A DNA stretch of 64,000 bases, from the NCBI RefSeq assembly GCF_009914755.1, contig NC_060929.1; one strand, written 5' to 3'. Below are positions 1-15,589 of this stretch, in pieces (the first letter of the stretch is position 1; every line of letters begins with the position of its first letter). The notes below the pieces were generated by a model that saw only the letters and a list, made by a program, of their open reading frames with translations, ran no database searches and was not told where the DNA came from. Both the position numbers and the translations under genes were made by a program. This DNA is from the human T2T-CHM13v2.0 reference genome, Homo sapiens.

Positions 1-460
1 AGGAAGAAAGAGAAAAGATGTAGGAAAGCCTAATGAACTGCTGATGTGAGACCTGAAGAGTCAAAAAACAGGTCTAAGGCTAATGATGTGGTGAGGATGG
101 AGAGATTAGGAACCCTGAGCAGGTCTCAGGACACATGATGGATCCAAGGAAAGTGTTTATTTGCCAACCTGTGGGAAAGGTATGGAAGCCATTTAAAGAT
201 TGGTATTTTCTGAAATAAATTTCTACTAGCAGTCTGCAGATGAAAAGACCTATTATATTGTCGTCAACCCATTAAATTTTATCCTAGGCCCTGTTTGTAA
301 GAGTCCTTGAAAAGAGAAGCATCAGTTTTCCAATATGAAGTAAATGGAGGTAAGATGAACTTACCTACCCTCTTCCTTACTCTCCAAACAGTCGTCAAGC
401 TCATGCAGTAAGTATCTGGATGGAGGTTACAACTACGACAGCATCTCAAAGAGAAAGCAT

Positions 461-680
461 TGTGCAGTGGTAGGTTATGGGTTTGGATTTGGTGTAAACT
501 GGAGCCAGGTTTGAATTCTGGGTCTGTAACTTGCAAACTGCTCTTTGAGCTTCAGATTCCTTATGGCTGAAATGGGGTTAACAATATTGACCTCACATTA
601 TTGTGAAGATTAAATATTAAATGAACTCATGCATTTAAAACATTGAGTAAAATGCTAAATCTAGAGAAGGTACTCAGAGG
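461..680 (+). mobile_element. MIR SINE (diverged)
   Basis: Core-like text GGTTTGAATTCTGGGTCT...CTCTTTGAGCTTCAGATTCCTT...TGAAATGGGGTTAACAATA...TTGTGAAGATTAAAT; boundaries approximate. Confidence 0.7.
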
Positions 681-719
681 TTGCATTTACTGTTATTTAC
701 TTCATCAGTGTCAAGTCAT

Positions 720-826
720 GTGTTCAACAATCAGAAGCGTAACTCAGAATCTCCTGGAAAGTGGAACAGACATTTATATTTTGATTCTAGAGATTCTGAT
801 GCACGCAAGGGCTAAGAACATTGGCC
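720..826. mobile_element. MER5A-like hAT DNA transposon fragment
   Basis: CTCAGAATCTCCTGG...GATTCTGATGCACGC...TAAGAACATTGG resembles the MER5A end. Confidence 0.45.
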
Positions 827-1084
827 TTGGGGTCTGTGACTTGCTGCAATTTCCTTGGACCTGGGCTATACCCAACTGTGGAAACACAAGGTGATAGGAA
901 GCCCTTGGGATGCTGCATTGGGTGATGGGGAGCTCCCTGATGCCTCTCTGCATGGCTGGTGTGAAGTCATGAAGATAACAGAAAAATCTATGTTCTCCCC
1001 TCTAAAAAATTTACCCCTCAAATGCAGAATAATACTGCTTTTTGGGTATCTATTTCTAAAGATTTCCCCTAATATTTGCCTTAA

Positions 1085-1460
<376 letters not shown>

Positions 1461-2087
1461 AACTCTGAGGGTTAACCTATTAAGCCAGTTCAGGACAGTA
1501 ACTGAATCTAAAATTTCAAAAAAAGCTCTTAGAATTTCATGCCTCTTCTATCAAAGGCATCGAATATTATATGATTTATGCCCATGAGTGATGGTTTGTG
1601 TTTTCATTTACAAACTGCCAACATAACCACCCATCTCCAAAGCTTTTGTCTGTTTTAAGCTGACAGAAATAAATTAAGATTGCCGAAGTGGCAGTGGGAA
1701 TGGAAAGGAGAGGATGGATTCATGACCTATTTAGAGGGTACAATTGACAGGTTTTACTGGAAAGGAGAGTGAGTATTGAGCTTAACACTCAAATTTCAAA
1801 ATTGTGCAACTAGATGGATAATGGTCATAATTCACTAAAATAGGACACAGGGCCAGGAGCAGATTTTGGGTTGCATTATTTAAATTCAGATAAGTTTTGT
1901 TAAGTATAAAGTGCCAAATGGGATGACTGGTAATAATTGTACACATGGTTTGGGGCTAAAAAATCAAGCCTAGATTCATGGTCTAGAAAACTTGGATTAA
2001 TCATATCAAGAGGATTTGGCAATGTGCAATTAATTGTATATATTTAACTGCTAGAACATGTTGTTATAATATTAGATACATTGTGTG

Positions 2088-2533
2088 TATTTTTTCTTAA
2101 TTTTTTAAAAAATTTAATTTTTAATTGTTATGGTACATAGTAGGTATATATACTTATGAGTACATGAGGTATTTTGATAAAGGCATACACTATATAATAA
2201 TCACATCAGGGTAAATGGGGTATACATCTCCTCAAGCATTAACCATTTTGTTGTGTTACAAATATTTAAATTTTACTCTTAGCTATTATAAATATACAAT
2301 ACATTATTGTTGACTATAATCACCCTATTGTGCTATCAAGTATTAGATCTTATTTGTTCTATCTAAATATACTTTCATACCTATCATCCCCATTTTTCCC
2401 CTCCCCCTACACACCACTCTTTCCAGCCTCTGATAACTATCATTGTTCTCTCTATCTCCATCTGTACATTTTAAAACACTTTTAGCTCCCACAAATGTGA
2501 GAACATGCAAAGTTTATCTTTATTTTTTGCCTG
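2088..2533 (-). mobile_element. Old L1 3' UTR fragment (L1MA-type)
   Basis: GGTACATAGTAGGTATATATACTTATGAGTACATGAG...CACATCAGGGTAAATGGGGTAT...TTTTAGCTCCCACAAATGTGAGAACATGC is typical antisense L1MA 3' UTR. Confidence 0.85.
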
Positions 2534-2542
2534 AAAGCTCCA

Positions 2543-4574
<2,032 letters not shown>

Positions 4575-5859
4575 CTATTAAGAAAAGCTGGTTTATGAAT
4601 TCTGTATCTCTGTACTGACCTAACTTCAACTAAACCACAAAATAGCATTTGAGTTTTTATTCCCACTCTGTTACAGTGGCAAAACAAAGCATGAATTTTT
4701 AGAAAACTGCACAAGCATGAAATCTAGAAATAGAGCACACATTTATCATACCTTGGTAGAAAATATATTTTCTAAAGTGTGTTTAAATAATATCATACTC
4801 TCCCAAATCTCTGATCTTTATACTTTTCCTTTAACTCCTTTGTCCTCCAGAATACAGCTCATGGAAGGTCAGAATGTATAAGAATGTGTTTATTGGATAC
4901 CTTCAAAGTCACTAAGGTACCTTCTTTTGTCCCTAACAAATGCTAATGGTATTGACATTCAGTTTTCTTAGTGTTATCTTCTTCCTTAGGCAATTTGCTG
5001 TGTCATCTCATTATATTCATGGCTTGAAAGAGGAACCTAGTTCTAAAGCTTGAAGTGGTTTATTGACCCTAAAAGATGAGGTAATTCACTGTGCAACATA
5101 ATTCAAGCCTTTAAGATCAACTACTCATTTCTCACGCAATAATCAGGAAGAGAAGTCTCAAAATTCAAAATATCGTTGCTTAAGCATGGTCACAATCATT
5201 TATTCAGATCAAAATCCAATCCTTAAAATTTACTCTGAGTCACTCTCATGATATATCTCCTTAAGTAACAGTAAGATTCCTCCATTTGTATAACATTAGT
5301 AATTATTACTAATTGTCCTAATAATGCTATCTACATCTGGTTAATTCCTATCATTGTACCTCCTACAATGTGATTAATGTCAGGAGTGGGGAATTTTATG
5401 TATTAAATTTCTTCTTAAAGGTTACACCCTGGAAATGTGAGGGAAAGTATTTGTGGCAATGGGATGTCACCCAACTATAAGGTTAACAAAGAATGACCAA
5501 ACAATAAAATTAATCATACGTTTTCTAAATCACCAAGAGTAAACCAAATTATAATTCTGTTTTAGAAACATGAGAATGAATATTTATGGTACAGACAGGC
5601 AGCTCTTAGATGGAATATTGAATCTTTTTCTTAAAGCTATTTGGAGGAGATCGTCAGAAAACGTGTGATTACTTTTTCTTTATATGATCTTGGCCCACAA
5701 ATAGTCTTTCCACAAATATTTTTTGGGATAGAGACAGTTTTGTGCTTCAGAAGCTAATAAAAATAACTTTGTTATTTTTTTTACTACCTGACGGTCACCA
5801 TTTTAGGAAATTTACTAGTATTATCTTATTTTGTTCTTATAGCAGATACTATTTACTAT

Positions 5860-5975
5860 CCACATTTTATTGATAAGGAAACTGACAAAGAGCTTAAATA
5901 AGTTGCTCAACATCATGCAGGTAAGAAGTGATAGAGCTGGGATTTGGTTTCCGTGTCTTACTCTATTCTAAACCA
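5860..5975 (-). mobile_element. MIR fragment
   Basis: CATTTTATTGATAAGGAAACTGA...AAGTTGCTCAACATCATGCAGGTAAGAAGTGATAGAGCTGGGATTTG. Confidence 0.65.
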
Positions 5976-6107
5976 TGCCATTTAATACAGATCATTATTT
6001 GTAGATGTGTATTTTTAAAAAGGCCACTGTTAGCTTGAACAGCCCATTCACTGTACATTTTTAAAACAATAGCTGTACACCATTAGAGCTGTGCAATTCT
6101 AATTCAT

Positions 6108-6250
6108 TAATTTTACAGATGAGAAAGTTGATACTCGTAAGGGTAAGGTATGTATGCAAATGTCCAACATCAGGCCACCCGTTGGTGTAAAAGGTGGCTT
6201 AAAATCTAGTATTCTCACTCCTGACTGGGTCCTCTTCCCACTGACCACAC
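6108..6250 (-). mobile_element. MIR fragment
   Basis: ATTTTACAGATGAGAAAGTTGA...CTTCCCACTGACCACAC. Confidence 0.5.
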
Positions 6251-6395
6251 TGTCACCAATATACCCTCTTCAAGTAAATCTTTATTAAGATAAAGATTGC
6301 AAGTTTGTAGTACTTATTAATAATATATATCTTTTGTATAAAAATCATCTCCAAGCATAATGTCACCTAATGTCTTATAGCATATTTTATAATGC

Positions 6396-6396
<1 letters not shown>

Positions 6397-6434
<38 letters not shown>
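6397..6434. repeat. (AC)n microsatellite
   Basis: Perfect AC run of about 19 units. Confidence 0.97.
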
Positions 6435-6436
<2 letters not shown>

Positions 6437-6618
6437 GTTTTTTTTTTCCCCTGATTTTTAGTTTTTCTCAGTAGAACATAAGAAAAATCCTTCTTATGTC
6501 CTTCAGGAGTGAAGGCAATAATCACTCTTGTTCAAAAGGTCATATTTATATTATTTTAGATATCATTGCATCTTTTTTATAATGTTAGCATGTTTCAGTT
6601 TTTGAAGCCTTGAAGCCA

Positions 6619-6645
6619 GTGTGTGTGTGTGCGTGCGCGCGTATG
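6619..6645. repeat. Alternating purine-pyrimidine tract (GT)n(GC)n
   Basis: GTGTGTGTGTGTGCGTGCGCGCGTATG. Confidence 0.85.
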
Positions 6646-6753
6646 TTGCATTATTGGGGATTGGGACACATGGTACAGTGAAAAATATAGCCACAGAAAT
6701 AACTGGCTTGGAGAGCTCCTGTATCAACCTTTAGGTTAAAACTACCTGGGTAA

Positions 6754-7094
<341 letters not shown>

Positions 7095-7852
7095 TTACAT
7101 CACAAAGCATTCTTCAAAGAAAATGTTAATACGTAAAATCCTGATATGAGGTGAATTTTCATTAAATTGTTTTAATTTTTAATCCAATCGAATTCACAAT
7201 GATGGTACTTTATGGTGCATATACAATACTTACGTGCCATCTTTTATTCATGCAGTACTAAGTATTATGTTCAGGGAGTTATTTAAAACAAGAGAGAAAA
7301 TAGAAGATTCAGCCTTTTTCCTATGGGTTATAATCTAGTAGAGAGTTAGACAAGACAAAACTAGTGGAACTAGAGAATGGTTCAATGCTTTAAGGGAAAA
7401 AATGCAAAAACAAATTCCTGTAGCAGTTGACAGGAAGGAATGGCATTTGCTAAAATATATTAAGTGCTTACAGTGTGCTTGGGTCTTCAAGAGGGTCCAC
7501 TGAATCCTGCCCTGATCCTACCCTGAGCTCAGACTAGATTCAGAAATAGAAAAGAGTAGCAGATGCCTGCCAAAATAGCATTGCTTTAAATGACAAAGAC
7601 TAAATTGTGGAAGTTATCCTAACATGAGAGGGGTCTTCTACTCTCCTCCAGCTAAAACCCAACTCCCAAGAAGAAAAGCAGAGGAGGTGAGTTGTGCTGT
7701 TTGTTCTTCCTAAATTCACCAATGAGATTAAAGCACTCTCTTCTGGTAAAAAAAAGAAAAAAGAGAGAGAGAGAATATGAATTACATAAAGCAAAATACT
7801 AATCCCGGTTCTGTAATAAAATGGGCATGGAAAGCTAAAGCAATTAAAGGGC

Positions 7853-7895
7853 ATCATCAGCAGCAGCATTATCATTAACATCAGCATCATCATCT
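7853..7895. repeat. Degenerate (CAT/CAG)n trinucleotide tract
   Basis: CATCATCAGCAGCAGCATTATCATTAACATCAGCATCATCATC. Confidence 0.8.
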
Positions 7896-9169
7896 TGGAA
7901 CTCTTAGACAATAAAGCCTATTCTAGGGTGGCATGCATGACATGGGCTTTTGTTTAGTTAAAAAAAGATGTCACACAATCTTCAGCATATATCCCTTTTC
8001 AAGTTCCTGTATTGGTCATCCTGGCTCCCCAACATTTGATCTCTTGTTTATTGTTCTGACTGAACACCCTAAGTCCTCCCTCTGAAACATAATATTTTTT
8101 TCTATCTGGGAGAGGACACTTAAAAGAATAAGTCAGTGCCTTACTGTGCTCATACTAACAGATGTTAGAAAGTAGCTCAAGCTGGGAGAACGAGCCCCTA
8201 ACCAGCTGTTTCATAGCCTGTAATTACAGCCTTAATAAATGAATCATTTCCTTCAGCTGGCACTAGTTGGGATCTACGCGTAACATTTTGTGTGTTAGCT
8301 GTTCTGGAAGCATTTCACTGCTTGCTGATGCTTTAGCACGGAGGTCTGTGAAATCAGGTATCTAACAAAAATCACCCTGATAGTATATAAAGTATAGGCA
8401 AATTTAGTGACTGGTGGTGGGCTCATATGAGAAAGAGAACTTATCAAGTCCTTGGTAATGTAATTGGCTTAACTTATTAGACTGTAGGTTAGAATATAAA
8501 AATCAAACTATAAAATTAATCTGCTGTACAGTGTGCTAATTAACCAGCTGGGTCAGCTTTGATAGTCTTAATTTTACAGATTTCCTTGAGGACATAATCT
8601 AGTTTGGTGACTCAGAGCTGTATCTCCCTCCTGCTAGGACTTAATAGTAATGGCTCCTGTTTTTTTTTTCCTCAGGATGTCAGAGACTTCATCTTTATTT
8701 CTTTTGTTAGATTATATCCTTTTCACATCGAAATCGCACTGGGGACATTGATATTAGACATTGCATTATAAAAGTCCAGATTTTCCTATGTCTGTCTGCA
8801 CAGTTTTTTCTCTGGGGTGATTAATGGTCATATTTCAGAACAATGAATCGTATTTCAGAACAATCATCCCAGAGTGAAATAGAGGAGACAGAAATAAAAT
8901 AGCAACAAGGGGTAGATTGAAGGTAAGAATGTGGGCTTGGTGCAAAGACAAAGATGAAGTGGGAAATCAATCAGCTGCGAGCTTCTTCAAAATAAAGCAA
9001 TGTGGGATGTGAAGAAGGGGAATGAGCAATAAAAATCAGTTCTCTTCCAAGCCTTAAGCTTACAAAGCAATCCAGCTAGGGAGACAAATAAAACAATACA
9101 AGCAAAAACATGTCTTAGAATAACATTTTTGAGGATGAAGATAATATATGCTTGATATGGGGCATTCAT

Positions 9170-10140
9170 AAAATATAAAGAAAAAAATTACCTGGAGATC
9201 ACCATTGTGAATATTTCTATGTATTTTCTTACAGCTTTTATTCTTCTCTAAATTTTCTTTTCTACTCATCTGCAATCATTTTTTGTGTGTAATTTTGTAT
9301 TCTCCTTTTTCAGCATTATGTCATAAACATTTTCTGAAGTCAACATTCCGAAAACATAGGTATGACTTTTATTGCTGTTTTTTTATCAACAAAATTTACA
9401 CACATAGAAAAATTTAGAAAATAAAGAAAATAAAAGCTACTGATGCTATTGATGATATAAATGCACATACATTTATGTGAATTCTGTAATCTATGTATAA
9501 CATGTATGTGATCACATTATCTTTATTATTTTGTGATATGCTTTTTGATACTTAGCAATATAGTGTGGATATCTATCATTTATCTGCCCCGTCTTTCAAA
9601 TGTATATACAAGCATTATTTTTAATAAATACATAGTGGTATTCTATAATTGATTTAATCTATCATATAATATTGACTTTCATATTGCTTCCAAATTTTAC
9701 TTTTACATGTAATTATGCAATTAGTCTATACAAATATTTTGCCATTTTTTACTGATTTTTTAAAAAATACATTTTTAGAATCCATAAATTCATACCAATT
9801 AACAGACTTCCTGCTAATCCTTGTTGCATATAATAGTAATGGGTAATTCCCTTAATCATATTCAATTTACTAGGCAGATGATATCTTTAATGTTTATTTT
9901 TATTAATATTGATATTTAAAATTTTTATTTTTAATATAGTTTGATTTAATATCTTTGATTTTATTATAGTTATTACATATTTGTATATTAATATTTCTTT
10001 TGTAAATGGCCTAATTTTTAATTTCTCACTTGTATACAAGGAGATAATTCACATTTTTATTATTTATAATTGTTATTTTGTTGACTGCATGATATCATAT
10101 ATATTTAGCATGATGAATATAAAAGAGACTTTTTCTGTTG
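9170..10140 (-). mobile_element. Highly diverged L1M (L1ME-like) fragments
   Basis: Very AT-rich, with antisense L1 3'-end-like phrases (CTTAGCAATATAGTGTGGATATCT, TTGCTTCCAAATTTT, ATTTCTTTTGTAAATGGCCT); boundaries approximate. Confidence 0.5.
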
Positions 10141-10609
10141 CATCTATATTTTGGCTACAGCTTCAAAGCTGAGAATGATATGGATACGTATCCTCACGAT
10201 TTTAATGGAGGAACTAGACACAGCCTATACACCCTTCAGGATCTGAGTGTTTCAGAGACCCATTCATCACCATTAACAACACCCAGAGATTCATTTTTGA
10301 TTTACTAAGATGGAATACTTAGAGAGGAATTTGCAAAGAGAAAACTGTTATTTCTCCTTCTCTTCCAATCCTCAAGCAAAATGAAGGCAATTCCAAGAGT
10401 TCTTGACTGCACCTTTGAAGTTGTGGAGCACAGCTAATGGAAAAGGCTGGAGGCAGGAGCAGGCTGGAGCAACCACAGAGGCAGAGCCAAGAGATGGGGC
10501 AGTAGGAGAATGTGGTTAATGTGTCTGGAGTGGGGCGAGGTGATTTGGAAGGTTTCTCTAGAGGCAAATGGTAGACAGCCATGTCATCTTGTGTGATCTC
10601 CCCATGGTG

Positions 10610-11437
10610 GCAAGTCAATTTTCCAGTTGTTCACGCCCCAAATCTTGGAGTCACTCTTGACTCCATATCTCTTCTGTAGACTACATCTAATTTTGCTCCC
10701 AATCACCTCTTTCGGGGTTGCTATTGTAATCCAAGTCTCCATCATTTCCAGTTCAAACTGAAATTGTTGTATGTTTGCCACTTCCTCCCCTGATTAGTTT
10801 CAACATAGCACTCAGAGTAGTTCTTGTAATGTTTAACTTGAATTATATCACAGCTCTGTTCAGAACTCTATTTCCTGTGGCTTCATGTCTTAAAGTAAAA
10901 GCAAAAGTCTTAAAATTGGCATATAAGGTTCTATGTTATCTGTCTCCCCATACATATATTTGTTCCTTTCTGAGCTAATTTCCTAGCACTTTTCCTCTTC
11001 TCATTTGGCTACACACAGGGCACTGCTCATTCAGCCTTCAGCTTGCCAAATGTGCACACACCCCAGGGCCTTTTCACTTACTATCTCCTCTGCCTGGAAC
11101 ATGTGTCCCCAGATATGCATATACTTACTCCTCTACTATATTCAGGTAGCATCTCTTAGGCCAGCTTTTTAGAAAGTCTTTCCCTTGCCATCCTTGATAT
11201 TAGCATTTCCTTCAGTCACCTGATATCCCCAAATTCCATTGTATTTTTCTATCAGGCACTTGTCATGTGACATATTTTTATATGCTTATTGCTTTATTGT
11301 TTTAGTCTAACGTTAGAATGTGAGCTCTTGGAGAAAAAGGAGTTTGTCCATCTTGTTTTCTTTGTCCTATCACCACAGCCTACTATAGAGCAGATCACAG
11401 AGGAAGTATTCAATAGATATGTGTTGAATAAATGATA
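10610..11437 (+). mobile_element. L2 LINE 3' portion
   Basis: CTTGGAGTCACTCTTGACTCC...CAGGGCCTTTTCACTTACTATCTCCTCTGCCTGGAAC...TAGAATGTGAGCTCTTGGAG...TTCAATAGATATGTGTTGAATAAATGA (L2 3' end). Confidence 0.85.
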
Positions 11438-11523
11438 GATGCTTCTGATTTAGAAGCAATAATTTTTCCTCAAGTATGCTTCTTTTTCTCTTCTTTGTTA
11501 TGTTAGTTTTATTTAATACTCAT

Positions 11524-11804
11524 GGCTAGGTGCGGTGGCTCATGCCTGTAATCCCAGCACTTTGGGAGGCTGAGGTGGGCAGATCGCCTGAGGTCAGTAG
11601 TTTGAGACCAGCCTAGCAATCATGGCTAAACTCCATCTCTACTAAAAATACAAAAATTAGCCGGGCATGGTGACAGGTGCCTGTAATCCTAGCTACTCAG
11701 GAGGTTGAGCAGGAGAATCGCTTGAACCCAGGAGGCAGAGGTTGCAGTGAGCATTGCATTCCAGCCTGGGTGACAAGAGCGAGGCTGTCTCAAAAAAAAA
11801 AAAA
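11524..11804 (+). mobile_element. Alu, AluSq/Sp-like, with small right-arm deletion
   Basis: Alu dimer with GACAAGAGCGAG; GCAGTGAGC joins directly to ATTGCATTCC (about 12 nt missing); TSD AATACTCAT / AAGACTCAT. Confidence 0.95.
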
Positions 11805-12013
11805 GACTCATAAATTCCCATTTAAAGAAACATACTGATAATAGTTGTTTAGTCTTCTCATGGCTAGACTAACTGGTATATCTGTAGCACTTTGACATAT
11901 GGGATGTGTGTTTAGTAACCTCCCATTTAATGCTTTAGTTAATACTGTAATACATAATTTTGTACTCTTCTACATTGTACTTTTGTTATTTAAAAAGCTT
12001 TCTTGTAAGCAAG

Positions 12014-12469
12014 TGTCTTCATTTGCTATTGCATCTGTAACAAATTACCATAAATGTAACACACCACAAATTCATTATTGTACAGTATTGGTCAGATGTC
12101 TGACACTGGTTTCCATGGGCTGGAGTTACGGTGGTGGCAGGGTTGGTTCCTTCTGGAGGCTCTGGGGTAGAATCTGTTTTCTTGCTTTTCCAACATCTAG
12201 TGACCACCTACCTTCCATGGTTCATGGCCCCCTCCTTCATCTTCAGATCTGGCAGTGTGGCACCTGTGACCTAGCCAGAAAAAGTTACCCACTTTTAAGG
12301 ATTTCATATGATTAGACTGGGTTCACCTGGATTATCTCTCCATCTCAAGTTCCTGAAGCCTAATCACATCTGCAAAGTCCCTTTTGCTATGCAAGGTAAG
12401 ATATTCACATATTCTGAGGCCCAGGGTGTGACTGTCTTGGGGATTAGGGACCTTAATTGGCCTGCTACA
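12014..12469 (-). mobile_element. MaLR solo LTR (MLT1C/D-like)
   Basis: TG...CA termini; TGTAACAAATTACCATAAA, GGCAGGGTTGGTTCCTTCTGGAGGCTCT, TAATCACATCTGCAAAGTCCCTTTTGC. Confidence 0.88.
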
Positions 12470-12917
12470 GAAGAAAAGAAAACATTGCTATCTCTCATGC
12501 TTGTTCCTGCTGACCTCTAAGACTAATATCTTATTTCTCTCTTTTTCAGAACAGCTTTCTTAAAAAAAAGATCACTATCTGTTCCCTCCATTATTCATTT
12601 CACTCTCACTTTTTGATCTCTTGTAGTTAATATAACTTCAAATTCCACAAACATTTTGAAAATATTCTCTCCAAGCCTGACACTGACCTCCTAATCACCA
12701 AAATGTGCTGATCTTTTGCCTCTGTGTATTAAAATAGGTCTGAGAAACTAGTAGGCAGCTACACAGTTCCCATAACAACTGGGAACGATGGAGCCTGATG
12801 GCTCAGGCCAGCCTACAGAACCCAGATGCCACTCCCTGTCGTGTAGAACTTGCCCCCTGGCCCAGTAATGACCCACTCTTGCCCTCATGTAGAAATGTGG
12901 CTCGCTTTTCAGCTCAT

Positions 12918-12997
12918 TCATTTCTCTTCCATGTGTTTCCATTTCTCTTCCATGGAACATTGTTCCATGTGTTCTCTTCCATTCATTTCTCTTCCAT
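12918..12997. repeat. Degenerate short tandem repeat, core CATTTCTCTTCCAT
   Basis: Core or near-core occurs about four times in 80 bp. Confidence 0.7.
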
Positions 12998-13394
12998 AAA
13001 ACTCTCTAGCTTTACACTCTTTCTCCAGAAGTTTAGCTTTTCTTGTCATGTTCTTTTTGTAACACCCACCCGTCTTTCTCACTGCATTAACATAAAAATC
13101 TCAGCTCCTTGGTCTTTCTGTTTTCTAAACAAGGTTTTTGATGTCTAAACCAGGTGCCCCTTTTCTGTGGGGAATAATTCTGAGAAAAACAGCCTTTTCT
13201 AAAGTAACTTAAGTGCCTCCCTTGTTACTTGGTCACTCTCTTTATTCAATCTTGCCCTCCTTGAGGGCAGCACTGAACAGAACCATAGCTTTAGGGCACT
13301 GCTCTGAAAAGACTTGTTATTGGGCCCTGAGTGAGGGTGACCTCTGGTGGACACAACTGATTCTTTTTTCTCATCATGTGTTATTGCTGCTATT

Positions 13395-14475
13395 GCTATG
13401 TTTGTTTAAATTGTGGTTAACCATTTTTAAGTGTACAGCTCAGAAGTGTACAGTCACATTGTTGTGCAATCAATCTCCATAACTCATTTCATTTTGCTAA
13501 AGTAAAACTATAATCCAGTAGTAACTGTCCATCTCCCCCAGGCCCTGGCAACTTCCATTTTACTTTCTGTCTTTATGAAACTGACTATGCTAGGAACTGC
13601 ATGTAAGTGGATCACATGGTGTTTATCCTTTTGTGACCAGCTTATTTCACTTAGCTTAATGTCTTCAACATTCATCCATACTGTAGCATGTGTCATAATT
13701 TACTTTCTTTTAAAGGCTGAATGGTATTCCATTGTATGCAGAATACCATATTTTGCTAATCTATTCATCTGTTGATGGACTCACGTTGCTCTCACATTTT
13801 GGTTATTGTGAATAATATTGCTGTAAACATGGATGTACAAATAGCTCTGGACACTCTGCTTTCAATTCTTTTTACTATAGACCCAGAAGTGGAATTGCTG
13901 GATCATCTGGTAATTCTATTTTTTAAAAACTTTTTTTACTGATACACAATGAATATACATATTTTCATGGTACATGTCATAATTTGATACATTAATATAA
14001 TGTATAAAGATCAAATCAGGGTAATCGAGATAATAATCACCTTAAATATTTATGTCTGTGGTGGGAACATTTGAGTTATTCTCTTCCAGCTGTTTTGAAA
14101 GGTACAATAGATTAATGTTAATTAATGTTAACGAGTCACCCTACTCATGTCTCAAATACTAGGTCTTATTTCTTCTAACTGTATCTTCTAACTGTATATT
14201 GGTTCCCATTAATCAATCTCTCTTTATCTGACCCTCTGCCTTTCCCACCTTTCTGGTTTTCTAGTAACCACCAATCTACTCTCTGTCTTCGTGAGAAGTC
14301 CTAACCACAGATAATTCTATGTTTATTTTTGGGAGGACTGCCGTACTGTTTTCCACAGCAGCTACACCATCTTACATTGGCATCAACAGTGCACAGGAGT
14401 TTTGATTTCTTTAACACTTATTTTCTGTTTTTATTTTAATACACCTAATAAGTTTGAGGTGGTATCTCATAGTTT
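13395..14475 (-). mobile_element. L1MB-type 3' fragment interrupted by a nested L1
   Basis: TTAACCATTTTTAAGTGTACAG...CCCAGGCCCTGGCAACTTCCATTTTACTTTCTGTCT...AGAAGTGGAATTGCTGGATCA, resuming at GAGGACTGCCGTACTGTTTTCCACAGC; ORF 13508-13696 resembles the ORF2 tail (HATVWMNVEDIKLSEIS). Confidence 0.85.
13924..14311 (-). mobile_element. Nested L1MA-type 3' end
   Basis: GGTACATGTCATAATTTGATACA...GATCAAATCAGGGTAAT...GTAACCACCAATCTACTCTCT; flanking repeat TAATTCTATTTTT (13911-13923) / TAATTCTATGTTT (14312-14324). Confidence 0.8.
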
Positions 14476-14499
14476 TGTTGTTGCTGTGTTTTTCCCACT

Positions 14500-14670
14500 G
14501 TTTATTAATCATACACCATGTGTCAAGAGCTTTTAACACTCTTGGCAATCCTATGAAGTAGGCATTACTTTTCCAACTCACTGTTGAGGAAATGAAGGCT
14601 CAAAGAAATGAAGTGAGGTATTAAGTAGTAGAACTGGGTCAAATCTAGGTCTGTTTATCTGAGGTGCATA
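14500..14670 (-). mobile_element. MIR
   Basis: CAATCCTATGAAGTAGGCATTACT...TGAGGAAATGAAGGCTCAAAGA...AAATCTAGGTCTGT. Confidence 0.7.
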
Positions 14671-15589
14671 CTTTGAAAGGTGATGCTCCCTCATATTCAG
14701 TGTACCTGGTTTGTTTTAGGTTTCTATCATACTCAATTGTAAAATTTTTGAAATAATCTTTTTTTCTCTTCCCGTCACTAGGAACTCTATCTATTGCTCG
14801 CAGAGCTAGAAAAATGATAAGGAGATTAACTGCCCAGCATTTTGTGGACCAACATCTCTGGGCTTTATTGTTCCTCTTCTTCACTAGTTGAGCACATATT
14901 TCTTGAGTGTCTATGTAACATACTATATTTGGCCCTGAGAACACAGCAGAATAGGCAAGCTAGATCTCTCTCAAAGCACATAGGGGCTTTTAATCTTGAT
15001 GATGACTTGTTGATCTATCTCATGATGCCGTGCAAAGAAGTCATTTGGTCAGAAACCACTGAGGATTCTTTAATAGGGATCTTTGAATGCCATAGCGGGA
15101 TGGGTGAAAAGCAGGGTGTTGTACAGGTTGAAGGTAGTTGGCAACATCTGAGGCTCATTAGAGGAACAACTTCCAGATCCCTATGTCCTACTGCCCACTT
15201 GGCCACCTTTTAAATTCTACATTCTTTTTCCTCTAGGGTCTCCTTATTTTCAAGATTCCAGTAATCACCTTTGTGCATGAGTCTTTACCTCCACCTCTCT
15301 TTGATATCTCCTCCATTCCTGGGGGCCTGTACACATGTTACCCACGTGACATTTTCTCTTGAATGTCATGTTGTACCTTCAAATTTTGCATTCAATTTTC
15401 AAATTCAATTTCAAATGTCCCTTCAAGTTGCAAATGGGCTCATACTTCTGATATCTCTTTTCTATTAGTGTTACTTTATATTCACTTGGGCTTCAAACTT
15501 TAAAGTCATTTCTAATCTGTCTTAAGTCAACCAACTACTCAGTATTAGTAATTTGTCCTTGTTGACATTCTTTTCGTATTGAACCCAAC

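Noticed and set aside
7600-7911. 103-aa hydrophobic ORF with Met/Leu-rich start
   Set aside because: Composition comes from a CAT/CAG repeat and A-tract low complexity; no recognisable domain
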